Source of the DNA: Iphione sp. A-MEVVRFRX5
Lineage: Eukaryota
Length of the DNA: 64,000 bases
Direction of reading: 5' to 3'
NCBI GenBank assembly: GCA_976226885.1
Contig: OZ320313.1
Span: forward strand, 70,618,001 to 70,682,000
Below are positions 37,201-49,060 of the stretch, in pieces. A program made the translations under genes and the position numbers. Under the pieces are notes generated by a model that was not told the origin of the DNA, ran no database searches, and worked only from the letters and a program-made list of their open reading frames with translations. The first letter of the stretch is position 1, and each line of letters opens with the position of its first letter.

Positions 37201-40200
37201 TTTATACCGTGCAAATCTTCACATTGTTAAAGGAAAAGGTCAGTGCGTCATTGTCCAGGTATGCCTATGGTCAACCTTCAATGACTCATGGGACAGGTCA
37301 CAGAGAGATTTTCTATTTATGAACATTTTTGCCAACCAATTACGGGAACAAATACTTCCGCGCTCTTCCGACTACCGACAACAAGAAGTGCACAAAACTG
37401 AGCCCAAACATTTTCAAGCTCTTGCTTTGCTCAAACACAAATATAGAACTATTCAAATAGGACAAGGGGATCTAGTCAATTGTCCGATATCAAAACTAAG
37501 GAGTGGTCCATACGCTGCTGCTGAAGGAGCTCAGGAGACCGAGGCGGCTGTGCGGCCATATTTAGAACAACTCGAAACAGGCGTGGGAATGACAGGCTGG
37601 CGGCAGGAGAGCAGATGAAAGAGGTGTGGCAATGGCCGGAGCCCGTGAACCGGAGTAAATGGGCGGGCGGCTGAACTGCTGAGCAGCACTTAGCGCCAAC
37701 TGTGGACAGCACGCGATCGTCAGCAGCTCTTGAAGGAATATTGATAGTCAACAAAATGACAGAAATGAATATGGACATAGCTTAAGTAGAATATGGAAGA
37801 TGTGAATGACTACATTTGAATAAAAGAAGTAGCTGACAGTAAACATGAGCGTTGTAATAATTCAGATCTTGCTCAAATCAGCCAGCGATAAATCCTCTAA
37901 AAGGAGGGGATATATCTAAACTCATAAAAGGATGCCTGAGCCGTCAAGCACAAGGAAACCTTTCTACTTATATCAAAGGATGTCACTAGTGAAAGAATTA
38001 CAGGCACGATCAACTCTTAGGCAACCTTTCCTTACAGTGTACTAAACTCCTTTTTAAAATTCCAAAGAAACCCTTCTATCTAATCTATAGTGTAAGGATG
38101 TCTTCCTTTATCCTGTTTAGCTTCTTACAGTGTCAGGCTGGCAAATATGCGACCTAACTGACTGCCTCATGTCTTCCCATTTGCCCTAAAACTACGGCAA
38201 ATTGTAATTAAAATCAATATTAGTACACCGATATAGTTATGTCTATTTGAGTGCTTAAGCCAAATTCCACACATAATGCTTTTTACACCTCGGGAAAATC
38301 AAGGGCGACAACCTGGACTGAAAAACATGAAGCAATGAAGAGATAGGTAGGAGCGAAGATCGGAACTAATAACACCCACACATTATGGCTGACGCAGCAG
38401 TCCACTGTGAGCATGGCGTCCTGCCGCTAACAAAAACAGATCTGTGTCCACTTCCCTCTGCAGACACAAATAGCAAGCATGCACGCATACACTAAGCACT
38501 ACATTATCTGTATCAAGGAGAGTGCTGTAGCACTGGGAAACACCAGCAGCCTGCTGGCGTGAGGCAGAGCGGTCAGACAGCAGCGGACACATTTTGAAGT
38601 CGCCAGTAATGACATTTAGGGGCTAACTAACGGTTTCAGCAGCCATGGCCACCATCTATAACTTTGTGACTAATTCTTCCGTTCGGATACCACGGTAGCC
38701 TCGAATAATCTGAACTGACAAACGTCATACTCCCAACCCTTAAAAATTGCTCTGTTCCATTAATGAAAAGCTCAGAAGCACGGTGTTTGTGTTTGTCAAT
38801 TTGATGAGCGATATTATTAAACTATTACTGTAAACAGGGAAGAGCACGTGTGTAGCTGTTTCTTGAAGCTATCTGTTGGATTTCAAAATGAATGACAGTG
38901 GTCTAGATCGGTTGAGACGCCCGGTCGACAATATGTCCCATAAATTTAGCTTCACCATATGGCTTCCTTTGTCCGGTGTTGATGATTTGCCAATGCGCGT
39001 TGGATGTCAAATGACAAGTAGTATAAGCTTAAACCAGACACTACATTCAACAAGGGATTCTCCCTCTAGCATACGCAACAAAGCCTTATTTAAACACTCA
39101 TCCCATATACTAAGAGTGGCTAATATTGGGTTTGTGTAGTAGAGTTGATATATAATGGGGTAGCCCCAGATAGCTGGATAGTGTGTGTGGGGTTGGTGAC
39201 CTGCTGGAGAAGTGTTAGCTAGTCGGTGTAAGCACACATAACACTAGAGGTCGGCTCAAGCTGAATTAGTTCCCATGGCCACTCGTCCCGACTGGCGTAA
39301 TCATGTTAAGTAAATAGACCACCGGCTCGACTCCTCTCAAAATGATTGTGTTTACAAGACGCATTAGCATGGCCAATCAGTAACCTCGTTACATAGGTTG
39401 ATGGAAAGCTGCTGCAATTAGTGTTGGTTCTTGTAGAAGATAGCTCCTAGGCAGAAGCAGCTGACAGAATCAACTGTGGTAAAGCTCTGGTTCTGCATGT
39501 AACAAAATGTATTGATTGTTGCTCGATGCAGGAATTCTTGAGAAGTTGTAAGTCGACTATGTAATTTGTCTGACAGTAATTGATCAGGATAGGGAACATG
39601 TGCAACTTCCATTTGTTAGTGAGAATCATATATGGATATTTGTAACATGATCTAACTACGTGTAGTATAAGTGTAAACAAATTCTAACGCGCTTTAGATG
39701 TGATGACATAACCGTCGTATTAATCCTCACAAGCGATACTGTGTACTATGGTTCCGTCCACTCTGCCGAGTCACAAATAGTAACGGACATCACGTGCATG
39801 ATGTTGTATGGAGGGAAAATTGTCCGGTAACCTGTCTTAAAACAAGGTCGCAAATCAAGATATTGTCTGTCATGTCATGATAATCATATTTAATACAACT
39901 GATTTAGTGGCATGAACGAACTCGACATGCAAGCCGTTTCCATAACGATATCATACCAACAGTCAGTCTTTGGAGAGAATAATTTTTCTTTTATAAAAAA
40001 ATCGACACGTTATTACAACATTAAATAGACCCGTCTAGATTGCTATTATCAAAACAATTGTATTTCATCTGACTTTTTTACACGACGTAACAGGAAACTG
40101 GTATATAAAATACCCGAAAACGGCAAACGATACGTCAAATGCAATCATAGCATTATACCTCAGCAACCCGACACGTACAGCATTAGGAAGATTTCAAAGC

Positions 40201-40289
40201 ATTTACATTGATTCACCATTTTTCTGTATTTAGAAATGTTAGTTCCGTGAAACACACAACCTCACTAGTTTTCGGATTAACAATATCAC

Positions 40290-40700
40290 ATGTAATACTA
40301 CAAAATGAATTCACCATGCAACAAATACTGTTGTCCCTGTGTTTTTTCCACTTTCACATTTACATACGCTCAACAAAGGCGTTCATGGAAAGCGCTACCA
40401 AATCTAACATTTTCAGCTTAAATGGCTGTGTTTTTGTTTCATTCTCATAGAATATATTTATCGATTGGTAATAATTACATTATCGTTTCTGAAATCGTAA
40501 ATTCACAGTCTTCACTTCGGAACCTGATGGAAGGCTTCTTTTTTCAAATGTAATGTAACAATCTTCCACAACGCATTGTGCATGATTTGATGATGAATCG
40601 AGGAAACAAAATCGCATAGAACAATATTCCAATATTTTCGATCAATTAATTATCATACAATAAAACTAAGAATATACTGTACACAATATAGCGATCCAAC
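40290..40700 (+). mobile_element. Decayed LINE AP-endonuclease remnant
   Basis: NEF...LCFFHFHIYIRS (HxNIRS-like), IFSLNGCVFV (GY.F-like) and KNILYTI*RSN (IGxIYRPPN-like). Confidence 0.35.
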
Positions 40701-43700
40701 AAGCATTCTTAACAATTGCTCACAAAGACACTTTGAACATAATTTGATTTGTGAGCTGCTCAGAAATGACTTAGATCGACTCAGATTGACTCGGGAACGT
40801 GTAGACAAAGCACTAGGATCAACTCATCCTCCTACTAGACTGGGCTCATCCAAAAGCCACAAACATTTTTTTATATTTTTTTCTTCACTGTGTCTCTTTT
40901 TTAAGTATCGTCAACGTAAAAATCACAAAGTGCCAAACCACAACTCGGCATGCACCATACTCCTAATATCAATAATAAACTATTATCGGAGACTGCGGTC
41001 ACACCAGTTGCTGTGGATGTGTGGCGTCTCATCTGCACATCACATGACAAGCCTGGCTCGTAATAACTGTAATGATAATAATGATAATATTCCGTGATTA
41101 TATACATCATTTTAACTCTCTATGCAAGTAGAAGTGGCGACGCGTAGGTCATTTCTGTCCGTTTTCCTCAGTTTATCCTTGGCGTTACAGCATTCATGGA
41201 AATGTTGCTCTCACTGTACCCATGATAAACATACTATCATTCCCCATGGGATGAGTGGAGCCATATAGTAGTGCTCCACGCTGACGAGGTGGTAAAACGC
41301 GCACTTTTCACGCGTCAAATAGGCGTACTCATTCACAAACAAAATGATACACTTTATACACACAAAATCATCACTTGCCTCATGGAATCCGTAATATACA
41401 CTGGCGTTCTTCTGATTATGAGGCGTGTTCGTGTTTTTTTACTTCATGTTTGGTCACAATTCCTTACACAAACAGGAACGGTATGTTACACTTCCAGGTG
41501 AATAAACCTCCAGAGGTGCATGTATGTGTCTAACCAGGCCGAAGCAGAAATTGTCAGCGGAATGATATCCAGAGTAATGGCAATGCAAATGATCTACTTC
41601 CATTCAGACTGAGAAGAATTCGGACTTGTTAAAGAATGAAATAGTAGGAAAGCTAGAAGCATATGCCGTATTCCTCAAGTAGAGCGTGTCATTTTGTGAC
41701 TTATTACAGAGTAGAAAAGGCCGTACCCTATGTACGAAACACTCCATCCTTGGGTCTGATAATGATTTGAGAAACAAGACCACGTAAGGACACACACATG
41801 CTGGCAATGTACAGCGTCACCAGTAGTCACAGTCGTCGGGGAAACAATTGCAATATATCTACAACAATATGAACTGGGGAAACCAATAACATCGAACTGG
41901 TTAATTTGTTAAAGAGTCTGCGTTCTTTTTCATGCCTATGCCCAATAATAATTGGTCCACAGATAAAAAGCTTTCCATATTTTAATCAATGACAAGACAA
42001 AAGAAAACACCTAGGTGTCGGGAGAGTTTCTATTCGCCAGGAATTCCGCTTTTTCATGTGCCGTTCAGAAAAGAAGGTTGAACATGTTTGTCCAGGGAAC
42101 TCTTGCAATAAGACCACGTATCAACGTGCTCGCCATGCAGGGATAACTTTGACTCCGCCTGTGAAGAGATCTATGAGTTTCAACCGGAGGTCATAATAGA
42201 TACCTATTAGAGAATATGTCCTCGGACCGACAGCGTGTTGGTTAGGCACTTGTACCGACCCCCATCAGAATCAGTACATTGGAGATGCTATTAGAAAGTA
42301 TATCAGCAGATGTCTTTGCATAAGAATGAAGACTTCACGGTTGCAGGATTATGATCTTGATGTGCCTTCTGCCTGCAAAGATAAGCAGTGATATAATTAA
42401 GATGAAAAGTGACGGGCCACGAGGCTGGCAATGGTCATTGGGAAGAGAGAAGCACCCTCTGACGTTTTGGATCGATGATGGCATGTGCACAGGGAGCAGC
42501 GTTGCGTATGATGCATAAATAGCACTGGCACAGCGGCAGGGCGAATGGTTTCAATGATGTCAACGATGGACTAATGCATCTTTATACTTCAGTAGGGACA
42601 GTAGAGAGAGATGAAGAATAAAGACACATGATACACTCGTATCAGCAATTTATGAACTAAATCGCAAGAATAGAGGGTTCTACGAAAAAAAGCATCGATA
42701 AAATGAGTCAAATGTGAAATGTTTGGAAGGGCACATTAAATAAATGCCATGCAAACAGTAATATAAAGGTAGGCTGCGGGTGTCGAGGCCTGGCTCGCTA
42801 AAAAGGAAGTGTAAATGTTGCTGGGCCATTACAGACGATTTACCTCTCATATGTAGGGACGGTATTTTTTTTTACTGTGCATCACCGATGGATTGTAACA
42901 TTTTGAGGACTTTACTGCTGTGCTGCCGATGTGCTCTTGGCACGCTGTACTAACTGATGTGGCCTGTGCATGTTTTCCGAAAGCCTTACGTCTGTAATAC
43001 CATCGCTGGCAACTCGCCGCTCTATTGGCAACCGGAGCGGCCCAGCACGGCACGGATAGCAGGCACACCGCCAGCTGCATCATCGGCAGAAGCGGCGGGC
43101 AGGGGTGGCGGAGACACGCTATCGGAAGCAGCAGTGGCCTAGGTACTGCATAGCAGCGAGAGCGTAGCCAAATATAGAGCCTCTCCCTTGCCTTTTCCTA
43201 GGCGTTTTTTACCTTAGAGCTAACAGCTACGCTTCTAGAAAATGTGGACTGAAATTTGATAGTCGCAGAGACATACAAAATGAAAACCAGGGAGACGGGG
43301 ACAGATCAGGAGAAACTGAGAATAAAAACAAGATGGCGTCACTCAGCTTTTCTTCGTCCTTCTTCCCCTGAGCAGCCACTGTCGCCATTGTGGTCACGTG
43401 ACAAGGGAGTAAGACGCCCGCACGGTCGCACTCGTTGTGAAGGCAGGCGACCGCGAAGGAACAGACATTGAAAGACACTCTTTCTTTTCGATTTATCACA
43501 CTTGACGATAACACACAACTATCTGCTTTCCATAGGGAGATGCTTTCCCGAACTGGAACCGCTAGATAATACCGATGTTTCACAGTCCCCTCCCAAGCCG
43601 CTGCTCCAGGCAAGCCCACTTCTCAGAAGCGCAGTGTGTGGGTTGCCACATGCACTGAGTGCACCTGTAATTCTGAGTCGAAAGCTGCTTATATTCAAGC

Positions 43701-45975
43701 ACCTTTGTAGGTTGATAGAATTAGATACCGAATTATATGCTTCTATCTTCTATTAAAAAAAGGAGAATAAAGTTAAGCATTTTTAATGTTATAGCTAATC
43801 ACTTATTTCTTAAAATTGATGTATTTGTCCTAAATTATGCTCATTGACCCTGAATAACGAGAGAAATCTAACGGGCAAGAAAGCGATTGCTTCCGCACAC
43901 ATGAATTATAATGGGTTACTTCTATTTAAAATGTTCCTATAATAATAAGCCATGTTGATGTTTGGAAACTTTTGTAGTGGCAACGTGACTAAAGTTCATA
44001 TGAAGCAAATTAGTATAAAATTTCTTGCTTCTGGCTGGGAATGCTCGATGAATTAGGCACGAGCCAGGTGGAGGGAATGAAATGCGGATCGTCAAAGAGC
44101 GAGTGATTCTGACTGGCAGATGGATTTCAAATCTCAAAAAGAGCAACTCCATCGCTTACTCTGTCTGGTTGCCTAATGGAAGTGCATAGTGATGCCGGAT
44201 GTCATGAGGCAGGCTTAGTGGAAAGGCTCCTGGAGAGCCAGACTCTCGTCGGACCAGCAGTAAGTAGGCCTATATTGGAGAAGGGGGGGGGGCTTTACAG
44301 AAGACACTTTTGTTGGACAGATTCATTAAACAACATGCTAATTATGTCGGGCGCATTAGCCCTCCCCCTTCTGTAAATTAGCCAGTGGAACGTGTACAGG
44401 GGAGACGGAGTATGATGAAGGCATACTCATCCTTCTTGAAACTTGACTGAAAAGACCAAGGATAGAGTATTGGGCGACATTTTAATGAATTGCTGTCAAG
44501 GGAGACGCGCCAAAGCTCCTGCTTTGTGCAGAATGTAATAAATAGTTTTGGGCAAGTAGCTTTCGACCAGAATCCTTCAAATTCCTATGGAGCTGGGATC
44601 ATAATATTATATGGAGGTCCTTTTTGAAAGATTTATATTTATTAAGACCTGACCTAATTCTCAAAGGTTAATCTTTCAGAAGAAAAAAAACGGCTCAACT
44701 TACTTCGGCGGAAAACACTAAAGTTCTGCTCCAGTAACTTCCATAGTAAGATGAATCTATCACCACTAGCGCCAAAGGGGCTTTAAGCAGGTATTACCTG
44801 CTGTCGTGCAATGAGAAAGGATTGTTTGGCATCGGTGTGGCCGCTAGCGGCGATGTAAATGACACCGATAGTTTACCGGCCATATGGAATAGGCCATGAT
44901 ATCGTGTAGGGCGAGCCAGGCCTTTGAGCTACTATGTTATAGCACAAACGTTTGCCTCGGTATCGCCAGTAATAATAAGTAACCTACTTATGAACGATGT
45001 GTGACTGTAACGAACATATTGTAACAACCAAATTTAACGGATGCAACGTGAAAACGATATCCTAACAACAAGTTATATAACAAATGTTAAATATGGCAAT
45101 TTACACACCGGTGCGACGTTTATCCTCACCCACAGAGCTGGAAATATGTTTATTGCATTCAAACAATAATAGGCTGTATGTACCTATTAATCATCGTAAA
45201 AGAAGTAACGATTGTCTCGAGGACATTAGGTTGTGACAGATAGCAAAATGAAAGAAGCTCTGGTAGCAAATATCGAGGAGGGAAAAAGCAAGGGTTGAAC
45301 GACAACGTGAGAATGGCATCCATTAATGTGTTGACAAGTCTGACGATATCATATCCTACGTGGACCAAAATTACACAGGCATAGGCATGTCGCAGAGAAT
45401 AATGAAATTCAATCTTAAGGGTTGGCACATTAAATAGCGAGAACGTGGACATTATCTTAATGGGCAGGACAAATAGATAACAGTGAACTGAAGGGTAGAG
45501 GGGATACATGATCGCTTTAACCTTTTACTCCAGCTCTTCCTCTCCCTCCTCGTCGTCTTAATTCTTTTTCAGGTTAAAGGACACTCTCAATAAACCAGCA
45601 TGAATGAAGAAGTTATTTTCTTGGAGGACACAATTAGGGGCACCAATAGAGAGAAGAACCTGCATTGATACAACGCCTGAGTTACGTCGTCATCAATTGG
45701 GAAATTGAACTAACCCGTTAGGCACTAGCTTTGTGAGGTACACATTATTGCATGCCATGGGAGAGAGAAATAAAGTCAAAGGCCATGCATGTTATTTTTT
45801 TCTGTAGGTGTGCCTGAGACTAGGGTTGGTATGATGAATAAGAAAGGTGGTAAAGGTATTTTGACACACATATTCGGCTTCCATTGTGAAAAGGTGATGG
45901 CATGGTTGACATTGACCAGTCACCTGACCAGTCAATCAATAGTGGAGTATCGTAAATAGTCAGGAGGACCTTTCG

Positions 45976-46314
45976 TTGCAGGTCTCCCCGTTGCCAGACG
46001 GTCAATGTATTTCACTGAAAAAAGATCCAACAATGAATTCTTCCCATCTTTACCGCAAAAAGACATCACACGGGATGCCTTATGTGATATTCCAAGAATC
46101 CAATTTGACCTTTTTCCTAGATGATTTTCTCGGCTATGGACGGATTGAGACCTGTGAAACTTACAAAGTTTACCAAGAAGGGAACAACATTAACATCAGG
46201 AAGATTGTATGCAGCTTCGCAAACACTTTGTCGATTATGTACCGACAGGCAAGGGTGATTCCTATGGCACCTATGTCGTGTTATTTTGTTTCCGTTCCGA
46301 CGGAAGTGACGTAA
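45976..46314 (+). mobile_element. Possible decayed RT fragment (DIRS-like)
   Basis: ORF contains VSPL..KKDP, HGMPYVIFQ and FFLDDFLGYG (YxDD-like), with spacing shorter than in intact RTs. Confidence 0.3.
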
Positions 46315-46685
46315 TGCTGTTGTGGAAACATGCTTCCTTTACCTGGACACGTGACACATTTTTAGGTTGATGACATCCGATTCCAGTTGTGTCACGTGAG
46401 TGACTACGTGGGTGCTTTGAGGCACACTGAGACATGACATACAACTTCTTGCCCTTTGTCTACACATGTGTACACATTTTATCTACCCCTGTAGGGGCGT
46501 GCATTGTGCTGTGCGCGAATCATTTTTAACCCATTTAAACACAAGACTTACAGAGGAAACAATTAGCACGTTGCTTTGACGTGCTTTAGTAAGACTCTAG
46601 GGACTTAATGATGCCTGGGGAGGCTCCGACCCTCTGGTATCGCCCGCGAATGTCTACTCAGCACCGAGAAAATGGTGAGTGGTTT

Positions 46686-46709
46686 GGTGGTGGTGGTGGT
46701 GGTGGTGGT
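46686..46709. repeat. (GGT)8 microsatellite
   Basis: Directly visible perfect repeat. Confidence 0.95.
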
Positions 46710-47322
46710 CTTCTACAAACAAAAACCTAACGACTCCCATGTCGCCGGGGAGTCTCCTTTATGAGAGATGAATCAATGTTTGGAAGTAGGTCATACAACT
46801 TTGCGACTACAGCTGTTCCTGGATGGTACACTCTTATCTGTTGCTTACACATATCGCTGTTTCCTGGTGGGATTGATGGCGATGATGGCAGATGTTACGT
46901 CATTGCAACAGTACAGTCTCCAAGGCATTCGCTGTGTGTGACAGGCCTTAAAGGTTTCGGTCATACAAATGTTGCATATACATGTCCCTAGGCCACATCT
47001 GGTACCCAGTCTTCAGGATTAGCACTGGAACAGTCACTGTGTTCACACAATAAGGTAGCGTAGCGTACCCATGCAATGACGCAACATCCTACTAGCAAAA
47101 AACGCCACTACATCTGTAGCGGAGACAACTTAGGTACGACAATATACATACATGCAGGAACATGATTATATCATCATTATTTATAGAATATGGATATAGA
47201 TCACCAGTATTTGATTTTCTTTTTGTCGTCTTAATTAAGTATCTATTACACATTTCTCTCTCATATCATTTTTCACTTTATACAGTCCTAGCGCTGATAC
47301 CATTAGAATACCTGAAAATCAA

Positions 47323-48582
47323 TCATACCACCTCCATCCTTTGACCACCCCCTCCGTTTTGTCGGGCTGGACCTGCCTTCGCATGTTTTCGTCCAGGCTT
47401 TTCAGCGATCAGTCTTCGCTCCGGGCTGTAGTTGTTCCAGAGTCCGCACAGGGTCTCCCCGGCCACTATCTCCCCTATGTTGTTGCCGATCATGCGCAGG
47501 AGAAAGAGGCCATCCCTACGCAGGTAGTTCTCGGTAAACTTGGCGAGCACACCTGGCTCGCGCTGCATGGTCTCGAAGGCTCGCAGCTGCTTCTTGACGT
47601 AGTGGACCTGGCCCGGCCAGTAGAGGGCGCGAACGAGCCACTTGACGCAGCTGCCGATGGTCATGAGCGCGACGAAGACAAACCAGAACCAGATGAAAAT
47701 GAAGATCTTCTCGTTGAAGAGGTTGATGGTGAGCACGCACTGCACGATGTAACTGTGCACGCGCGCCTGGTGACGGATCTCGAAGTCACAGAGTGTGACC
47801 CGTGGGAACCGAGCCGAGGCGGTCCAATCCAGACCGCGTAGAAGGCGATCGACGACGTAGATGCCGTATAGATGGAAGTTATGCCCGAGGAACATATCGA
47901 GCATGAAGAGCTGACCGACGGCGTTGGTAACGTAGAGCATCTTGACGAAGATGTAAGCGGTGGTGAGGTAGTTGCCGTAGAGGCGGCCGCCGACGAGGCA
48001 GCACACCTTGGCGAACGTGTGCTTGACCCTGACGCAGCATCCGGTGCGGTAGTCGCGCTGCGCGAGCAGATAGCGATCTACCTGGTTGACGATGTAGCGT
48101 ACTGTCTTTTCACGTATTTCCAGGTACGAAGCATGCTGGCACACGGTGGCGGCCTCCATGATGGCCGACACGTTGATGCCGGACCTTCGGTTGAGGAAGC
48201 GCCAGACTATACAGGGAGTGAAGGACAGCAACGCCTGCCACATCAGAATTAAGGGCACCCATTGGTAGTAGCTAATCAACTGCCTCGACTTTTGTATCAT
48301 ATACTTTTCCTTAGAGGGAATGACATCCTCTATAGGCAAAAAGTATGTGTTGGAAACCCAACATATAGTATTAGTATATTCTCGATGCGAGGCAGTGAAC
48401 TGGGCCGGGCACCAGCACGCAATGGGTGTTCCCACGAACTGCTTAGTACTTACAATGAAAGAAAACGTTATCATCAGAATGACCGTATACTGTCGACTTA
48501 GTCGGTCGACATAGTCGTCATCTACCCGTATTTTAAATTCACGGATACTAAGAATAGATTTGAAAAGCCTATCCATACTCAT
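47323..48582 (-). CDS. inx: Innexin (invertebrate gap-junction/hemichannel protein), 419 aa, single coding exon
   Basis: DDDYVDRLS near the N-terminus, four hydrophobic TM segments, extracellular cysteines (IACWCP, NTICW, RVTLCDF, VQCVL), signature YYQWVP, FPRVTLCDF and NEKIFIFIWFW. Kozak-like GCACCATG and an intact stop. Orthology to a particular innexin is not assigned. Confidence 0.98.
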   Translation of the reverse strand: MSMDRLFKSILSIREFKIRVDDDYVDRLSRQYTVILMITFSFIVSTKQFVGTPIACWCPAQFTASHREYTNTICWVSNTYFLPIEDVIPSKEKYMIQKSRQLISYYQWVPLILMWQALLSFTPCIVWRFLNRRSGINVSAIMEAATVCQHASYLEIREKTVRYIVNQVDRYLLAQRDYRTGCCVRVKHTFAKVCCLVGGRLYGNYLTTAYIFVKMLYVTNAVGQLFMLDMFLGHNFHLYGIYVVDRLLRGLDWTASARFPRVTLCDFEIRHQARVHSYIVQCVLTINLFNEKIFIFIWFWFVFVALMTIGSCVKWLVRALYWPGQVHYVKKQLRAFETMQREPGVLAKFTENYLRRDGLFLLRMIGNNIGEIVAGETLCGLWNNYSPERRLIAEKPGRKHAKAGPARQNGGGGQRMEVV

Positions 48583-48810
48583 GGTGCCTGCTTTTGTGGG
48601 TAACCGACCAAGAGAAAAAAAAGCTAAAGGCTCTGCCTTATTTTTTTAATGCAAAATTGAGGAATATGCTAAAAACAGAACAGAATCAGCACGATTCTGG
48701 GTTACGACACAGAGAGGTAAACAATCAAGGCTACGTTTTGTGGATTCACTTATGAATATACGGCCTCTCCACGGCAGGAGGCACTATCCTTTGATTTAAA
48801 AGGTAATTAT

Positions 48811-49060
48811 CACTTCCGTTTAAAACTTCCGGTAGGAATATCTCCACTTGGCACTCCTAAGGTGTTTTCAGCGATTCGACGACGTGATCAGTGAGAGAGG
48901 AAGTCACCTCTCACTCCATCCAATTGCACGTGTACTCCACAATCGGCGTCCGCGGCCAGTGGTTCGTCAAGGGAAATGCCGCTGTGAATGAAATGGCCGC
49001 CGGAAGCTTCGTTCAGCGTGAACCTCATTAACCGGAAGTGGCGACGAAGTTACAAACAAG
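48811..49060. promoter_or_regulatory. ETS/YY1 motif cluster upstream of the innexin
   Basis: CACTTCCG 48811-48818, ACTTCCGG 48825-48832, AAATGGCCGCCGGAAG 48991-49006 (YY1-like fused to ETS) and ACCGGAAGTG 49031-49040, all 230-460 bp upstream of the ATG. Confidence 0.5.

Noticed and set aside
42847-43083. Unspliced neuropeptide precursor (RRK, GK and KKK sites after a signal peptide)
   Set aside because: The predicted amidated product would be two residues and there are no repeated peptides. Only the signal-exon idea is kept.
47341-48514. Antisense and alternate-frame ORFs of 64-166 aa over the innexin
   Set aside because: Shadow ORFs expected from the high GC3 of the innexin CDS.
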